Source: Vitrella brassicaformis CCMP3155
Taxonomy: Eukaryota; Protista; Chromerida
Assembly: GCA_001179505.1 (NCBI GenBank)
Contig: CDMY01000649.1
Location: forward strand, 1-36,624
Direction: 5' to 3'
DNA: 36,624 nt
The notes beneath the pieces are model-generated. The model saw only the letters and a program-made list of their open reading frames with translations. It was not told the origin of the DNA and ran no database searches. This document shows, piece after piece, positions 1 through 11,790 of the stretch; position 1 is the stretch's first letter; every line of letters starts with the position of its first letter. A program made the position numbers and the translations under genes.

Positions 1-248
1 AGACGTCCCTTTCTCGTTGCATGCGCAACAGGGGGGCCCGCCGCCGTCTCGCGGGATGAGGGTAGGTGGAGGGGGTTGGGTGTAGTCCGATACACGCTCG
101 CTCATCCGAAAAGGAGGAGAAACAGCCGAGAAATCACCAACTCAATCATGGGGGTAAGTAACCTAGTGGGCCTCTTTTCACTGTTGAAGTCAGTCGGGCG
201 CCTCGTCAAACCTCGAGCTGAAGGCCGGACGCCAGAGATCTGTGCATC

Positions 249-1423
249 ATGAGCAGCCAGGGTGCCCACCAGCCACCGATGCCAGTCCCCTCTACAGGTA
301 CATCACATCACGTGCGAAGGAAGGATGCCGCCCGCAGATCAGATCCACACATGATTGATCAATCTACGTCGGGACATACAGTGTGTACGCCCACCACACC
401 ACGCCGTCTGTCTGTTTCTCTTTCTGCTGTGTGCCGTGGTTTGCAGGTGCTGTGTGCGTTAAGCAGGAGCCTCAGGCTGACAGCACAGCCCCGCGAGCCA
501 CCCCAGACCTCACTGTGTCATCCCACGGTATTTCTGGGCAGTCATCAGCCCACACCACCGACCGCTCCTCACCCACCCCCTGCCCACCTGGCCACCATCA
601 CGATGCGACCTCTTCCTGTGGTCCTCCTGGTGCTTGTGGTCGTGAGCGTGTCGAGACCGAAGCGGCGCAGACCCGGAGGGGCGGTGGTGGTCAGGGCGAG
701 GCCGCATCGTCACCACGTCACTTGAAAGGTCAGTCAGCCGCACACGACGCATTGCATTGCCGGCCCTCACGGCACCCATCGGTCCACAAATGCAATGCAA
801 CACATTGTTTATTGTGCGGACGTGGATGTATTTGCAATGTGTTGTGTGGCGTGGCGTGGCAGCGACGGAGCTTGAGGACTTTGAGGACGACGACGATGAT
901 GATGATGATGAGGCGGAGGAGGAGGAGGAGGAGGAGCAGGATGAGATGACATTGCTGATATTCCGCAGCAGCGCCGCAGCGGCGGCGGCACAAATGGCCA
1001 CATCTGTGCCTCCAGGCCTCTCAGGTACGCCGGTCGATTCTGAAAGGCGTCACAGACTGGGCACTGTCCACCATGGCCTGTCTGTCTCTCCGGGCCCTTG
1101 GCCAGATGCGGTGGCTGGCCGTGAGGACGAGCAGATGGGCGATGGCGAGCAGCAAGAGGAGGGAGATGAGGTAGCGGCCTCTGCTGCTGCCACCAATGGT
1201 CCGCCTGTGCCGCTTTGGCGGATGCCATTTCCCCCATTCCCCTTCCGCCCACCACTCGACGGTACGCGCAGACAGACAGACGGACGGACGGACGGATGGA
1301 TGGACGGACGGACGGACGGACAGACGGATGGATGGACGGACATGTGGCCGACGTCTGCGGACAGGTCGCCGCGGTGTGGTGATGGGTGGCATGGGTGTCC
1401 CCCCGCCGACGCCAGGTGAATGA
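249..1423 (+). CDS. Low-complexity acidic/Pro-rich coding segment (exons ~249-297, 447-728, 863-1261, 1365-1415/1423); either the 5' part of the multi-AP2 gene or a separate short gene
   Basis: GT-AG phase-1 introns join MSSQGAHQPPMPVPST / GAVCVKQEPQ...RHLK / ATELEDFEDDDD...PPLD / GRRGVVMGGMGVPPPTP in one frame. The link to the exon at 1531 is not phase-consistent (see findings). Confidence 0.6.
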
Positions 1424-1530
1424 ATGAATGAATGAATTAATTAGTGAATGCACACACATACAATATCCGTCCATCGAGGGATGTGTTGTGGTTGCTGCCT
1501 CGTTGTGTGTTGTGGTCCTCTCCTCTGAGG

Positions 1531-4500
1531 ATGGATGAAGATCACGAGAATGAGGCTGAGGGCGACGGCGATGAAGAGCACACGCCCGACGGACCAGGTG
1601 GGTGCCGTGCCCACAGACCCTCAGACAGGCAGCCTAGCCAGACGTGTCGCGTCGTGCATGTTGCTTCTAAGGTGGATTGCATAAATGTGCTGTGTGTGCA
1701 GATCTCGCCGCTGCCGCTGATGGGCATCTCGAGGACGTCTGCACTTCCTGCGAGCGCCACTACAAGAGCGTCAGGGATAAAGTCAAGAGCAGCGCCTTCT
1801 CCCGCCTCAACCATCATCCTCACGTGACCGCCACCTTCACCCCCGCCCCCTCTCCCCCACCAAACACAGACGAAGTCACTGTCACCATAGGGCCATTTCT
1901 CGCGGGGGATGCGAGCGACCAAAGCAGCCACAGCCACAGCGACGGCTACTTTGTGCGGGGCCTGGCCACCCGACCAAAGGGCAGCAAGAGGTGGAGCTTC
2001 TCGAAGTCGCTCACTTACAAGGTCAGGAGTGTGCTCGACCACGGCGTTGAGAAGTTTCGCTTCACTGAGGAGGCCGGCAGGCGCATCATCGGCCGCAAAA
2101 TACGGCACGGTGAGCGGACAATCCGATCTCTGTGGCGACATCCATCCCTGGTGTCTGTGTATTTGGTTCCTCCAGATGACTGCGAGATGTTAGCCGCCAC
2201 CCCGCCGGCGCCCCGCCCTCGCCATGTCCCACCCTCTGCCAGTGGATCTGCAGCCGAGGCCGCAGCAATGCGTGACGTGACCCACCATCCCCCAGCCACC
2301 GACCCTTCTCCGACTGGGGAGGTGGCCGAGAGAAGGGCCGGCGAACCCATTGAGGACTGGCAGGCGTGGTGGGAGAATGCAATCGACGACTTAGACGACA
2401 GCAGCGACGAGGGCGGCCAGGGAGAGGGGGAGGGCGGCGATGCGGCAGAGGAGCACGCTGAGCGCACTCCTCAGCCGGGTGTCCAAGTCAAGACTGAGCG
2501 TGGCCCCCGCGACGGTGGCAGAACCGGCAGGCAGCAGCAGCAGAAACAGCAGCACCACGACCAAGCACACACACCGGAGGGTACCTACCTTCCAGCAGCA
2601 CCACCACCAGCGGCAGCGGCAGCGGCAGCAGCAGCATCCTCATGCCATGGGCCACAGAGAAACAGCAATCCTCACTACCTTGGTTCGTTTGGTGGTGCAA
2701 CAGCGCTGGACAAGAACACCCTTAACCGCGGAGGGAGGCGCGGGGAGTCACCACAAGCAGCAGCTGCTGCTGCGTCAAGTACTGGTGATGGTGGCAGAGA
2801 GGGCGGTTTGCTGCGGGCGCTGCATCGGTTGCCGAGGAAGGAGAAAGGTGGCGGCGATGGGGAGGTCGGGATGGACGTTGACCACAAGGCGCGCAAGAGG
2901 GGCCGAGAGCCATCTTCAGGTGCGTTTACGGAGCCTATACAATACACCCACATGCGCACCTGTGTGTGCTGGTTTTGTGTGCGTCATGTGCAGGTTCGTT
3001 TGGCGGTGAGTTGGTGGACGCCAAGGACGCCCTCGACGTCTACGCCAAGCAGAGGCTGGCGGAGCTGCGCCGCCTCAATGGCTACGGCCGAGTAGGCTAC
3101 GGCATCTACATCGTGTGGCATCAGTTCACGTGGATGGTCCGAGTCGGCAGCCGATCAGGCCGATTAGCTGCCTGCGACACCATCAGCCCGTCAAGCCGCA
3201 CCCAAGAGGCCATCGACAAGGCTCTCGAGGAGGCCGTCGACACCCGCAACCGGCTGGCCGAGACGGCTGGGCTTCCCCCCATCCGGTCGCTGCATTCGCG
3301 GCATTGCGGTGGCGATGAGGGCGAGGGAGACGAGCAGCTGCCGGAGGGCGCGTCTGAGGACGAGAAGGGAGCTTGTGCGCTGGACAAGAAGACCTTCAAT
3401 GCCTACGGCAAGGAGCGGCAGGCCGCGCTGCGTCGCCTGAATGGCGTCAGGGGCACACACATCATGTGGCACCACAACGGATGGTTCATTCAGATCCGCC
3501 TCGACAACCAGCAAAAATCATACAGAATCGGAGTGCGAGGCCGCACACGGCAGGCCATTGACAAGGCCCTGCAGGAGGCAGTCGAGAAGCGCAATCGGCT
3601 GGCCAAGACGGTTGGCCTTCCCCCTCTCCGCTATCCCCCTGGCGAGGGCGAGGAGGAAGAGGGCAATGATGGCGATGAGATGGACATGGCCGAGCATGAC
3701 GACGAGGAGGGAGAGGAAGGGGAACACGACCAAAAGGCGCGGAAGAGGCGGAAACGGAAAGGGGGCCTTCTCGACGGCTACGCCGAGGACCGGATGAGCG
3801 AGTTGCGTCATCTCAACCGCCACATGAGCACCTACATCACTTGGCACCCCGATGGCAGATGGCAAGTCTGTGTCCGCCACGACGGCAAATCGCACTACGC
3901 TACCGTCCGCCCTCGAGCCCGTACCCGAGAGGCCATCGACGAAGCCCTCGATGAGGCCGTCGACAAGCGCAACAAATTGCTCGACACAATGGGCTGCCCA
4001 CCCATCCAGCCGCTGCCTTCGCGATGTCGGCAGAGAGGGGGCGAGGGGGACGGCGAGGGTGAGGATGGCGAGATCGAGGGCAGCAGCGTCGCGCCTGAGG
4101 AAGACCAAGACGACGAACAAGACAGTGAGCCATACAAAGGGAGGGGGGATGCCTGGATGCATGGAAAGATGGAGGGGTGTGTGGTGTTCAGGCTCGTTTG
4201 GTGGTGCCTCGGTGGACAAGGACGCCCTCGACCGCTACGCCAGGCAGCGGCTGGCAGATTTGCGTCGCCTCAACGTCCCCGAGGACATCAATTTCAGGTG
4301 GCACAAGTTCGCCTGGTCGATCCAGTTCCGCCACAAAGGAGGACGGCTCTGGCGCACCTTCCCCCCGCTACCCTTCACACAAGAGGCCATCGACAAGGCC
4401 CTCGAGGAGGCAGTGCAGGCCCGCAACCAATTGGCCAGCGACCTGGGCCGTCCACCCATCCGGTCGCTGCCGTCGGGCCATGGCCAGGGCGTCGCTGAGG

Positions 4501-6621
4501 GATCGGGGGAGGCCCATGGCGACGGCGAGGATGAGATGGAGGGCAGTGTCGGGGCGCCTGAGGTCGAGGAAGAGGAGGAGCAAGACGAGACAGACGGTGA
4601 GCCACACAGAGGGAGGGAGGGAGGGAGGGAGGGGTGCACGGGACAAACATATGGATGCATGTGCGCGCACTTGTCGGTTCAATGCAGAAGAGTACGACCG
4701 CAAGCCGCAGAAGAGGGCAAGAGGGAGAGAGACCCCTGCAGGTGGGTGACCATGCAACACAGATATGAATGGATCACCCACCCATCCACCCTATCACAGA
4801 CGTGTGGTGGTTTTGTGTGCCGGTGTTCAGGCTCGTCTGCTGATCTGGAGAAGGACGCCCTCGACCGCTACGCCAAGCAGCGCCTGGCCGAGCTGCGTCG
4901 CCTTAACGAGACCGATAGAATCAACGTCAGCTGGTACGACTTCGCATGGTCAATTCAACTCCGCCAAGGCAGCGGACGACGACGTGCCTCGCACGCCATC
5001 AACCCACGCGCCCGCACACTACAGGCCATCGACAAGGCCCTCGAGGAGGCCGTTGACAAGCGCAACCGCATGGCCAAGACGATGGGGTGTCCTCCCATCC
5101 GGTCGCTGCCGTCGGGCTGCCCGGCTGGCACCGGTGGCGTCGCTGAGGGGTCAGGAGAGGCCGGTGGCCAGGGTGACAATGACGCCGAGCATGGCCGGCT
5201 GGCGCGCGTCGGCGACGAGGAAGAGGAAGACGACGGGCACGACCATACAGGCGGTGAGCCACACAGTCACAGAGGGGGAGAGATCCATGGATGCGGTGCA
5301 CGACACAAAACACAACAGCGGATGGGACGGATGTGCGCACATCAATCACATTTGCTGGTTCAATGCGTTCAATGCAGAGCAATACGACCGCAAGCCGCAG
5401 AAAAGGGCGAGAGGGACAGAGGCCTCTGCAGGTGGGTGCCACAGGACATCGTGAGAGTCACACGCGTGTGGTTTTGTCTGCTACTGTTCAGGCTCGTCTG
5501 CTGCTGCTGCTGCTGCTGCGGTGGACAGGGACGCCCTCGACCGCTACGCCAAGCAGCGGCTGGCCGAGTTGCGTCGCCTCAATGAAAGCGGTAGAACACA
5601 GGACAGACACACGGTGGGTGTGGCTTTGTATGCGACTTACTGGTCAGGCTCCTCTGCTGCTGCGGCGGCGGCGGCGGCGGCGGCGGTGGACAGGGACGCC
5701 CTCGACGTCTACGCCAAGCAGCGGCTGGCGGAGCTGCGCCGCCTCAACGTCTCCGAGAGGATCAACGTCACCTGGTACGACTCCACGTGGGTGATCCGCT
5801 TCCGCCAAGGCAGTGGACACCGTGCCTCCCACGCCATCAACCCCCAAGCCCGCACACTAGAGGGCATCGACAAGGCCCTCGAGAAGGCCGTCGAGACTCG
5901 CAATCGGCTGGCCAAGACGATCGGTAGTCCCCCCATCCAGTCGCTCTGGTCGGACCACCCCGCTGGCGCCGAGGAGGCCAACGAGGGTGAGGGAGATGGT
6001 CATGGTGACTACGAGGTCGTCATTGAGGGCAGCGGCGGCGAGCCTGAGAATGGGGACGGGCGCGAGAAAGAGGAACAAGAAGATGATGGCGATCGTGATG
6101 ATGCCGGGCTGAGCAGCGAGAAGATACAGAAGGCCGTGGAGGTCAGGAACAAGACGCTCAAGGACAGTCCGCCCCTGTTGCTGCCCCAATGCCTCACCGC
6201 TTCGCCCACCAGCCCCGCTGCGCCGCCAGTAGCACCACCACCACCACCACCATCAGCAGCAGCTGCTGATGCATCGGCTCGTCACGACACCAACGAGCAG
6301 CAGGACCAGGCAGCCGAGATGGCTGAGGAGGGCGGGCCCATGATGGTAGGCGGGGAGCGGGGCAATGGTGATGAGCCGGGTGGTGTGCTGAATGGCTGTG
6401 ATCCGTCGTCGCCTGCTGATCAGGTGAGGGGCATGGGACGACTGATGACAGACAGGAAGACAGACAGAGAGGCAGGCAGACAGAGACACGTCCACTCACC
6501 TTGTTGTTGTTTGTTTGTGTTGTGTGTCGGTGGGTGGGCGGGTGCGGTGCGGTACGGTGCATTTATTCAGGGTGTTGCAGCCGGCGACATGCAGCCACGC
6601 GATATGGACATGGAGGTATAG
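1531..6621 (+). CDS. Putative multi-AP2-like DNA-binding protein: unknown N-terminal domain plus six AP2-like modules (exons 1531-1597, 1702-2109, 2176-~2919, 2994-4124, 4192-4596, 4688-4741, 4831-5253, 5378-5431, 5492-5590, 5648-6423, 6571-6621)
   Basis: Six ~85-aa repeats of the form DALDxYAKQRLAELRRLN-x-(I/V)xW-x3-W-x-I/V-x-R...-R-T-x-EAIDKALEEAVxxRNxL...PPIRSL, with acidic linkers and basic NLS-like motifs (KARKRGR, KARKRRKRK, KPQKRAR). Exon lengths 1131, 405, 54, 423, 54 and 99 are all multiples of 3 with phase-1 boundaries. The three-strand plus helix pattern with Trp resembles AP2/ApiAP2; this is pattern recognition, no HMM was run. Confidence 0.75.
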
Positions 6622-7399
6622 ACCTGCCCCTGCCCCCTACTGACTGAAGGGAGGGAGGGAGGGATGACCGACTGACATTTATTCGACAGACAGGGAGGGC
6701 GGGAGGGAGAGGGCTTTGTCCTTCCTTTGCCGCCTGGCTGTACCGATGGATGGGTGGCTTGACGTGGGTAAATGAATGACGTGTGTATGACGTCGTTCCA
6801 CCCCACCCACAGCTCGCTCTTTGCAGCACATGGTTGTCGTGTGTGCGTTACATCGATCATCCATCCATCCATCCATGTGTGTGTGTGTGTGTCGTGACGT
6901 GTGCTGTGGTGTCGTCTTTTCTGTGTGTGGCGAGCGTGTCGCCTGTGGGCGGACGCCGCATGAGCAACCAAGGCGACAGACGGCCTCATTCGGTGTGTTC
7001 GTGTGTTTATTGCATTGCGTGATTGGTGCCCTCTCGAAAGGGCGATGGGGAGGAGATGGAGACACTTGACATGAGCCCCGGACGAAGGGAGGGTCTGGTT
7101 GACTCATAGCTGTCCATCCACTCTATCGACACGCAGTTCACGTAGGCATCAGTCGGTTCATCTCTGACCCATCCATCCATCCATCCATCCGACTCTAGCT
7201 GTGTTCCTATCAACCAGCCAGTTCGCGCGTCGTGTCTTTCTCGGCGCTCATCGATCGCACACTTGCCGTCAGTCACGCCAACACAAACTCCCTCCATCAA
7301 CGCATTAGCTGTCGTACACTCGGTCAGTCAGTCAGTCCGTCAGTAAATTCTCCGGCCGTCTGTTGCTGTCCTGCCCGCACCATGGCAACGGAGGAACAT

Positions 7400-8745
7400 G
7401 AGAACCAACCAGAACTCACACTTCACCGTTACCACCGACAAGACCAGACAGCAGCAGTCGGGGCATCACTCTCCGTCCACTCACCCGCAGACAGCAGCAG
7501 CAAACCGAGTACACAGTGAGTGCGTATGGACAATAGAAGACGGCACGTACTCTCTCTCTCTCTCTCTGCTGCCCCAACCCACAGGTGCCTCCCTCGTCCC
7601 CGCCCTCCACGTGTGTCGCGTGACCATCCCATGGGACACACAACAGGCGTATACAGGGAGAGTGAGAGAGGCCTGTGTGTGTGCAGGCAGAGATGTATAC
7701 ACAATGGGGTAGAATGGCCGTTGGCCCAGAAAGGCATCCGGGAGGCCCAGCAAGCATGCAATTACACTGTACTCACGCACCCAAAAGGAGAATGCGCTGC
7801 ACACATCTCATGTGCCCAGAGGCGGTCATTCCCATCAGACACACGGCGGCCATCCCACAGACCATGCGGACACGTGTGACATACATCCGCGCATGCATCG
7901 AGATCAGCTCCATCAGCCGCCGACCGGTCGAATCGTCAACCAACTCTACAAGTCCCCTTCTTAACGCTGCAGACACCACACAGGACACACACCATGCACC
8001 ATCCCCCCGTCTGTCTGTGTGTGTGTGTTGTCAGCCCACCCCACTGACCCGTCGTGCGGCGAGGGAGGTATGAATGGGTCGTCGGCCTGCTGTGCCGCGG
8101 CTTCCTGAGCTTGCTGTGCCCTCGTCCCCGGCCGGCTGACGCCCCGCCGGTTGGTGGGGGGGCGGGGGGGACGACCGCCCACACCCACACCCGCACCCAC
8201 AGCCGCCTGCTGCTGTTGGGGAGGGGTCTTCTCGCCACCCACCACACGAGGCACGCCGAGCACAGCGCCAGGAGCAGCATCACCGCTGCCGACAGCACCG
8301 AGTGGATGCTGCGCCAGGCTGCCGATGGCCGGCACCGCACCAGCTCCAGATACGTTGTCCACCACCACACCCCCGCTCCGCTGCCTCCCCCGCTCCCCCT
8401 GGCTGGCGCCGTTGTCTGTGTCCATGGCATGCGCCCCGTTGCCCACGTCCATCCCACTGCCGCTGCCGCTGCCAGGCTGCAGGAGGCCCGATGCGCCCGA
8501 TGGCTTTGCGCGCTTGTGGGAAGTCACACCACCCACAGCGTCACTCACAGCATAGGGCGGGGGGCACTCCGGCTGCCGCTGGTGGGGGTGGCTCATGAAG
8601 TCCTGACACACACATGGTCAACCAACACATTCACACCCACTGCATGGGACGAGACAAGATGATTGAGGTCACGCTTGGCTCACATCGTGAGTTCGTTTGT
8701 TGCCCTGTGGTACTGCTGCAGTAGCAGCAGCAGCAGTGGCCTCCT
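7400..8745 (-). CDS. Multi-exon hypothetical protein (Gly/Ala/Gln-rich region plus short globular segment); boundaries uncertain, may continue the gene at 8930-11520
   Basis: Long exon DFMSHPHQRQPE...QQADDPFIPPSPHD (~8050-8605); upstream exon EATAAAATAAVPQGNKRTHD (~8685-8745); downstream exon AALRRGLVELVDDSTGRRLMELISMHARMYVTRVRMVCGM (~7810-7970). All are flanked by GT/AG on the minus strand. Confidence 0.5.
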
Positions 8746-8929
8746 GACATACATCTAGAGACACACACGCAGAGCAGATGACACCAACATTGTGCACCCT
8801 CGACAAGCCATTCTGCTTACCATGCCTGCCTAGGGTCCACCTGCAGAGTGGCCTCCACTCTCATCATCACCACCACCCAAACCACCTGAACACACCCGAC
8901 AAGTAGGCTTATTGGCCCTCCGCCCACTC

Positions 8930-11520
8930 TCACTCTTTCTCGTGCGGACCTGTGGGAATCGCCTGGTTGAGGTCGGGGATCAGCCATGCGTCGCTGCCCA
9001 TCCGGATGTGAGCCAGGGCCGCCGCCTGGGGATTGCCTGCGACTACACCGTCGCCCTGGGGCTCCTCAGTGCTGTAAAGGCCGATGGATATTTCCCCCCG
9101 GTAGTGCTTGCTCATGCGCACGAATGCCGCGAAGGCGTCGTCTGGTCCGTCACCACGGAAGAGGACGAATCGGCATCGGTGAGGGTTCTCGCAGCCGGCG
9201 CTGTCGGTGCTGCCGATGGTGCGGCCGCCCCACAGTGGCGTCCCGGGCCGTTGGGCGGTGAGCTCACCGATGCGGGAGGAGGGAGCAGACGACGGAGGAT
9301 GACGGGCCACCGTCACACTCTCCCAAGGTCCCCCATGGAGCATACTAGAAGATCAAAGGAGGGAAGGCACGGAATGCGACACGCTGCCTTATTGTGATCG
9401 CATGCGTTTGTTGCGTACATACCGAGTCATCACAATCTCGCGGAAGCTACGATACTCGTGATAGATGCCTGCAGACGGACAGACAGACGAACAGACAGAC
9501 AGACAGACAGACGGACATCGAAAAGTGAGCATAACACCTGCTCATGCCTCTTACATCGGCACGGAGGGTCGCTGGGGTCGAAGGTATCTCTGTACTCGGC
9601 GGGCACTGTCTCAGGTTTGTGCACCTTCACCGGTATCCCGCCCAGCCGCTCCCGACAAACAACCCATGTCCGACCCCCCCACACAACCTCACCCGCCGCC
9701 CCCCGTGTCAGCCCCAAGTCGCCATCTAGGCGATTGCCGAAGAGGCCATACTGCCGCATGCTCGCCAGTCGGCTGTCGATATCCTCCTTGGTGCCCGCAC
9801 GCCTCACATCGCCCTCACCCAGCTGGAGGGGCAGCTGTTGGATCCGCTTGAGGTTCTTNNNNNNNNNNNNNNNNNNNNNNNNNNNNNNNNNNNNNNNNNN
9901 NNNNNNNNNNNNNNNNNNNNNNNNNNNNNNNNNNNNNNNNNNNNNNNNNNNNNNNNNNNNNNNNNNNNNNNNNNNNNNNNNNNNNNNNNNNNNNNNNNNN
10001 NNNNNNNNNNNNNNNNNNNNNNNNNNNNNNNNNNNNNNNNNNNNNNNNNNNNNNNNNNNNNNNNNNNNNNNNNNNNNNNNNNNNNNNNNNNNNNNNNNNN
10101 NNNNNNNNNNNNNNNNNNNNNNNNNNNNNNNNNNNNNNNNNNNNNNNNNNNNNNNNNNGAGCTCACCGATGCGGGAGGAGGGAGCAGACGACGGAGGATG
10201 ACGGGCCACCGTCACACTCTCCCAAGGTCCCCCATGGAGCATACTAGAAGATCAAAGGAGGGAAGGCACGGAATGCGACACGCTGCCTTATTGTGATCGC
10301 ATGCGTTTGTTGCGTACATACCGAGTCATCACAATCTCGCGGAAGCTACGATACTCGTGATAGATGCCTGCAGACGGACAGACAGACGAACAGACAGACA
10401 GACAGACAGACGGACATCGAAAAGTGAGCATAACACCTGCTCATGCCTCTTACATCGGCACGGAGGGTCGCTGGGGTCGAAGGTATCTCTGTACTCGGCG
10501 GGCACTGTCTCAGGTTTGTGCACCTTCACCGGTATCCCGCCCAGCCGCTCCCGACAAACAACCCATGTCCGACCCCCCCACACAACCTCACCCGCCGCCC
10601 CCCGTGTCAGCCCCAAGTCGCCATCTAGGCGATTGCCGAAGAGGCCATACTGCCGCATGCTCGCCAGTCGGCTGTCGATATCCTCCTTGGTGCCCGCACG
10701 CCTCACATCGCCCTCACCCAGCTGGAGGGGCAGCTGTTGGATCCGCTTGAGGTTCTTAGCAAGCCGCAGCAGCGCCACACTGCCCGACCAGTCGCCCCCC
10801 ACCTCCAGCACGTACCGCAGACGGATCAGCCGAAACACACGCCGGCGACTGGTGGACTGACGCAGCGTTTGGTAGCCGATGATGTTCTCCAGTCCCTTGT
10901 TCCTGATGAGGCCGTCGATGGCCGACGTCACGGCGGTCTCGACTGCACTGCTGCCGGCGTGTGACGTGCTGGCCATGGTGTTGCTGAGCTGGGTGAGGGT
11001 GGTGGCCTCCTGGCCCTCTGGACCGATCAATTTGGCGAGTGTGTGGTGGAGCTCCGGTGGCAGCCTGCCGTACAGCCGCTGCACGAACAAGTGTGGGCTG
11101 GAGGGGACGGCACCACCACCACCTCCACCACCTCCACCAGGAGCGGCGGCGGATGACGACGTGAGTGCGAACTTCTTGAAGTTGCCCTCCAGCTGCACAC
11201 ATCGCATCGCATCAATCACACAAACGCATCCACAGAGGGCAAGATGAACACACAGCATCCATCCACTGATGCCCACCCACCCACCAGAGCCAATCCTTTG
11301 AGATCCGACACGGCAGAATTGTAAGCCTCCATGGACGCGAAGAGCTTCGAGAGCGCACCGTTGGCCATCTTGACTCGAGATGCTCTCATGGGCGACTCCT
11401 GCACACACACACACACACATGCCGCATTCACTCACACACGTCACACTTACACATCCCTCTCAGGTCGCTCACCGCGGCCTTCGTCGACAGGTAATTGAGT
11501 GCCTCCGGCGGCCCCTGACA
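8930..11520 (-). CDS. Lineage-expanded hypothetical superfamily member A (intron-containing), interrupted in this assembly by a gap and a 599-bp overlap
   Basis: Exons splice in frame: GPPEALNYLSTKAA / ESPMRASRVKMANG...SDLKGLAL / LEGNFKKF...LRYVLEVGGDWSGSVALLRLAK...MRQYGLFG...DTFDPSDPPCR / CIYHEYRSFREIVMTR / MLHGGPWES...ISIGLYSTEEP...WLIPDLNQAIPT. Motifs are shared with the genes at 17421 and 19075. Confidence 0.7.
9260..10757. other. Assembly artefact: 9260-9858 is repeated at 10159-10757 around a 300-N gap (9859-10158)
   Basis: Both copies start GAGCTCACCGATGCGGGAGG and end GGATCCGCTTGAGGTTCTT, offset 899. No differences seen by eye, including the GACA microsatellite. Each copy ends exactly at a gap edge. 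Confidence 0.9.
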
Positions 11521-11790
11521 CACACACACACAGAACACACAAATAGCGAAGGCATGGCTGATGTGGTGTGTTTGTGCCGCAGGTGACAGAGAGAGAGAGC
11601 TACCTGTGAGTGTAGTCCCTCTAGCGTAGTGAGAGTGTCGGAGATGTTGCGCAGCACACCAACCTAAACACACACATGAGGCAACACAATCAAGCGGTGA
11701 CGAGTGTCTAATGGGAGGCCTTCCATTCGTTGCAGTTACTGACCGACTCATCTACTTGCGAGTCGCTGCCGAGCAAACCGCCACCTTCAG

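Noticed and set aside
148-245. ATG GGG followed by a perfect GTAAGT donor, and a 32-codon ORF (MGVSNLVGLF...)
   Set aside because: No downstream AG puts it in frame with ATG 249; it is probably a uORF or 5' UTR intron and cannot be supported as a coding exon.
3020-5950. Regularly recurring repeats that could be taken for a CRISPR or satellite array
   Set aside because: The repeats are in-frame protein modules with synonymous variation, in a eukaryotic gene with spliceosomal introns.
3121-6189. Numerous long antisense and alternate-frame ORFs over coding exons (similar throughout the window)
   Set aside because: Expected shadow ORFs in GC-rich DNA; their translations are low-complexity or microsatellite-derived (THTH, CVCV, DRQT).
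9430-10296. ORFs containing long X runs (also 31153-31898)
   Set aside because: Artefacts of translating through N gaps.
9260-10757. Biological tandem duplication or LTR pair
   Set aside because: The copies look identical, end exactly at gap edges, include exons and introns of one gene, and show no LTR termini or retroelement ORFs.
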